Source: Candidatus Saccharimonadota bacterium (GTDB lineage: Bacteria; Pseudomonadota; Gammaproteobacteria; Enterobacterales; Enterobacteriaceae). Taken from it: a stretch of 32,000 nucleotides of DNA. Under the pieces are notes generated by a model. It did no database searches. It had not been told where the DNA came from and worked only from the letters and a program-made list of their open reading frames with translations. Of this stretch, positions 29,218-32,000 are shown in pieces. Each line of letters begins with the position of its first letter. The stretch's first letter is position 1. Made by a program: the position numbers and the translations under genes. The DNA lies in the NCBI RefSeq assembly GCF_000973505.1, contig NZ_CP010048.1, positions 270,001-302,000 of the forward strand, in the 5' to 3' direction.

Positions 29218-29299
29218 ATCTGTATACCCAACGTTTTCAGAAGTGTTAAGTCGGATTATAATTTTAGAGTTCAATAGATTGTATGAAGGGAGAAGATCC

Positions 29300-31636
29300 G
29301 TGATTTCCGAACAACCAAAGCGCATGGAAATTCCTGTATTGCCGTTACGTGATGTGGTGGTATATCCGCATATGGTGATTCCTTTGTTTGTTGGTAGAGA
29401 AAAATCAATTCGGTGTCTTAAATTTGCCATGGATTCTGATAAAAAGGTTATGTTAGTTGCACAAAAAGAAGCATCTACTGATGAGCCAAGTGTTAACGAT
29501 CTGTTTTTAGTTGGTACTATATCAACTATTTTGCAAATGTTAAAATTGCCTGATGGTACTGTGAAGGTTTTAGTAGAAGGATTAATGCGAGCAAAAATTG
29601 TTAATTTAGCGGATAGTGGAGATTATTTTACAGCTGAAACTAGTTGTTTTGATGATATTGAATTAGATAATAAAGAAAAAAAAGTCTTGGTACGTGCTAT
29701 TCTTAATCAATTTGAAAGTTATATTAAGCTTAATAAAAAGATACCTCCTGAAGTTTTAACATCTTTAAGCAGCATTGATGATGCTGATAGATTAGCTGAT
29801 ACTATTGCTGCACATATGCCATTGAAATTAAATGATAAGCAATCTGTATTAGAAATGTCTAACATCATTGATCGATTAGAATATTTAATGACAATGATGG
29901 AATCAGAAATTGATTTATTGCAAATAGAAAAGCGTATTCGTAATCGAGTAAAAAAACAAATGGAAAAAAGTCAAAGAGAATATTATCTTAATGAACAAAT
30001 GAAAGCAATTCAGAAAGAATTGGGGGATATGGAGAATATACCTGATGAATATGATTCTTTAAAAAGAAAGATTGAAGATGCAAAAATGCCGAAAGATGTT
30101 AAAGATAAAGTGGAATTAGAATTAAATAAATTGAAAATGATGTCTCCTATGTCTGCTGAAGCTACTGTTGTGCGAGGGTATATTGATTGGTTATTATCAG
30201 TACCGTGGTATGCGCGTAGTAAAATGAAAAAAAATATATTTAAAGCACAAGTATCCTTAGATAAGGATCATTATGGTTTGGAACGAGTTAAGGATCGTAT
30301 ATTAGAGTATTTAGCAGTGCAAAATCGAGTGAATAAAATGAAAGGACCTATTTTGTGTTTAGTAGGTCCTCCTGGAGTAGGAAAAACTTCTTTAGGACAA
30401 TCTATAGCAAAAGCTACTGGTCGTAAATATGTGCGGATGGCATTAGGAGGAGTTCGTGATGAAGCGGAAATTCGGGGCCATCGCAGGACGTATATTGGAT
30501 CTATGCCTGGTAAATTAATACAAAAAATGTCTAAAGTAGGAGTAAAGAATCCATTATTTCTTTTAGACGAAATAGATAAGATGTCTTTAGATATGCGAGG
30601 TGATCCTGCTTCAGCATTATTAGAGGTTTTAGATCCAGAACAAAATTTTTCTTTTAATGATCATTATTTAGAGGTCGATTATGATTTGTCTGATGTTATG
30701 TTTGTTGCGACTTCTAATTCAATGAATATACCACCACCGTTATTAGATCGTATGGAAGTAATTCGTATATCTGGTTATACAGAGGATGAAAAATTTAACA
30801 TAGGGTGTAAACATTTATTACCAAAACAGTTAGAGCGAAATGCTTTAAAGCCAAGTGAATTGTTAATAGAGGATAGTGCTTTATTAGGTATAATTCGCCA
30901 TTATACGCGTGAAGCTGGTGTTCGAAATTTAGAACGAGAAATTTCAAAATTGTGTAGAAAGGCTGTAAAAATGTTATTAATGGATAAAAATGTTAATTTA
31001 ATTACTATTAATGCAAATAATTTGAAAAATTTTCTAGGAGTGCAGCGTTATGATTGTGGTTATGCTGAAAAAGAAAATCGGATTGGACAAGTTACTGGAT
31101 TAGCATGGACGGAAGTAGGTGGTGATCTTTTAACAATTGAAACAGCTTGTATGCCTGGTAAGGGGAAATTAACTTATACTGGCTCTTTAGGTGAAGTAAT
31201 GCAAGAATCTATTCAAGCAGCGTTAACGGTTGTTCGTTCTCGAGCAAATAAATTAGGAATTCATTCCGATTTTTATGAGAAACGTGATATACATGTACAT
31301 GTACCTGAAGGTGCTACCCCTAAAGATGGGCCTAGTGCAGGTATTGCTATGTGTACTGCGTTGGTATCTTGTTTAACAGGTAATTTTGTAAAGTCTGATG
31401 TAGCGATGACAGGGGAAATTACTTTGCGAGGACAAATTTTACCTATAGGAGGTTTAAAGGAGAAATTGTTAGCAGCTCATCGAGGTGGTATTAAGGTAGT
31501 TGTAATTCCTTATGAAAATAAACGTGATTTAGAAGATGTTCCGGAGGTTGTTACTAATAATTTAAATATTTATCCTGTTAAACAAATTGATGAAGTTTTA
31601 GCGCTTGCTTTACAAGATGCTCCATTTAATACATGA
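29300..31636 (+). CDS. lon: ATP-dependent Lon protease
   Basis: The ORF starts at 29243. The GTG at 29300 follows AAGGGAG and gives (V)[39 protein letters not shown], the same length as E. coli [18 protein letters not shown].... An ATG at 29324 is an alternative start. Identity is very high throughout. Walker [10 protein letters not shown], catalytic Ser in [11 protein letters not shown], and Lys in [10 protein letters not shown] are present. Confidence 0.97.
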   Translation: MISEQPKRMEIPVLPLRDVVVYPHMVIPLFVGREKSIRCLKFAMDSDKKVMLVAQKEASTDEPSVNDLFLVGTISTILQMLKLPDGTVKVLVEGLMRAKIVNLADSGDYFTAETSCFDDIELDNKEKKVLVRAILNQFESYIKLNKKIPPEVLTSLSSIDDADRLADTIAAHMPLKLNDKQSVLEMSNIIDRLEYLMTMMESEIDLLQIEKRIRNRVKKQMEKSQREYYLNEQMKAIQKELGDMENIPDEYDSLKRKIEDAKMPKDVKDKVELELNKLKMMSPMSAEATVVRGYIDWLLSVPWYARSKMKKNIFKAQVSLDKDHYGLERVKDRILEYLAVQNRVNKMKGPILCLVGPPGVGKTSLGQSIAKATGRKYVRMALGGVRDEAEIRGHRRTYIGSMPGKLIQKMSKVGVKNPLFLLDEIDKMSLDMRGDPASALLEVLDPEQNFSFNDHYLEVDYDLSDVMFVATSNSMNIPPPLLDRMEVIRISGYTEDEKFNIGCKHLLPKQLERNALKPSELLIEDSALLGIIRHYTREAGVRNLEREISKLCRKAVKMLLMDKNVNLITINANNLKNFLGVQRYDCGYAEKENRIGQVTGLAWTEVGGDLLTIETACMPGKGKLTYTGSLGEVMQESIQAALTVVRSRANKLGIHSDFYEKRDIHVHVPEGATPKDGPSAGIAMCTALVSCLTGNFVKSDVAMTGEITLRGQILPIGGLKEKLLAAHRGGIKVVVIPYENKRDLEDVPEVVTNNLNIYPVKQIDEVLALALQDAPFNT

Positions 31637-31767
31637 AGTGAATTTTATATATGAATATAGAATGTTTTAGAAAATAATATAGATAGTGTAATTATTAAGA
31701 AAATGTAACAAAATAATATCTTTTGATATGTTTTTGTTTATATGAATATTTTAAAATTGGAGATGTA

Positions 31768-32000
31768 ATGAATAAATCACAATTAATCAATAAAATTTCT
31801 GTTGATTCTTGTATATCAAAAGTTGCAGCTAGTCGAGCTTTAAATGCTATGACTGCATCAGTTATAGAATCACTTAAAAATGGAGATCATGTATCTTTGA
31901 TCGGGTTTGGTACATTTATTGTAAGGATTCGAACTCCTCGTGTTGTAAAAAACCCTCAAACTGGTGAAAAAATTTTTGTTAAAGAAACTAAGATACCAGC
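31768..32000 (+). CDS. hupB: DNA-binding protein HU-beta, 3' end beyond the window
   Basis: The ATG at 31768 follows GGAG. MNKSQLINKIS....SLKNGDHVSLIGFGTF.V...NPQTGEKI matches E. coli HupB (MNKSQLIDKIA...SLKEGDDVALVGFGTF...NPQTGKEI). It is downstream of lon, as in E. coli. Confidence 0.9.
   Translation, partial: MNKSQLINKISVDSCISKVAASRALNAMTASVIESLKNGDHVSLIGFGTFIVRIRTPRVVKNPQTGEKIFVKETKIP

Noticed and set aside
1-32000. A novel multi-gene system (defence island, secretion system, toxin-antitoxin, biosynthetic cluster), mobile elements, CRISPR array, or tRNA/rRNA genes.
   Set aside because: Every substantial ORF has a clear housekeeping ortholog in conserved local synteny. The spacers are ORF-free and extremely AT-rich. 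They have no GC-rich patches of tRNA or ncRNA type, no long inverted or direct repeats, and no regularly spaced repeat array.

Overview
This is a very AT-rich sequence, well under 30% GC by eye. Its protein sequences and local gene order are those of a reduced-genome Enterobacterales insect endosymbiont. A Blochmannia-like organism is my best guess, since it keeps cyo, ubi, speB and recC, but I cannot prove that without a database search.

I can support 26 protein-coding genes, two of them cut by the window edges. All are clear housekeeping orthologs of E. coli genes: cyoB-cyoA (-), clpP-clpX (+), yggX-mutY-yggS-ruvX-yqgE-metK (-), speB-pgk-fbaA-rpiA (+), ygfA-zapA (-), ubiH-ubiI (+), ygfZ (-), prfB-lysS-lysA-lgt-recC (+), lon-hupB (+).

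Several ORF-track starts are over-extended: cyoA, yggS, pgk, fbaA, lysS, lysA and lon. The track also misses the first 25 codons of prfB, which lie upstream of a programmed +1 frameshift.

I found no tRNA, rRNA, IS element, prophage, CRISPR array, toxin-antitoxin or defence genes. By my coordinate arithmetic about 6 kb (~19%) is AT-rich spacer, mostly where E. coli has genes that are missing here.

I do not see a previously undescribed multi-gene system in this window. Every long ORF that is not nested antisense inside a conserved gene has an obvious ortholog.

The observations most worth a second look are:
1. The prfB recoding site uses UUU_UGA_U rather than the canonical CUU_UGA_C.
2. The full-length ubiI (visC) ORF has eroded all three FAD-binding signatures, while the adjacent ubiH keeps them.
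3. The normally contiguous clpX-lon junction is split by a 25 kb block colinear with the E. coli yggX-to-recC region.
4. A near-perfect sigma-32 heat-shock promoter upstream of lon matches the E. coli lon promoter in sequence and spacing.
5. Partner genes are missing next to speB (no speA), lgt (no thyA), recC (no ptr-recB-recD), lysA (no lysR) and zapA-ygfA (no room for ssrS).
6. There are slippage-prone poly(A) tracts in coding regions and short tandem duplications in spacers.
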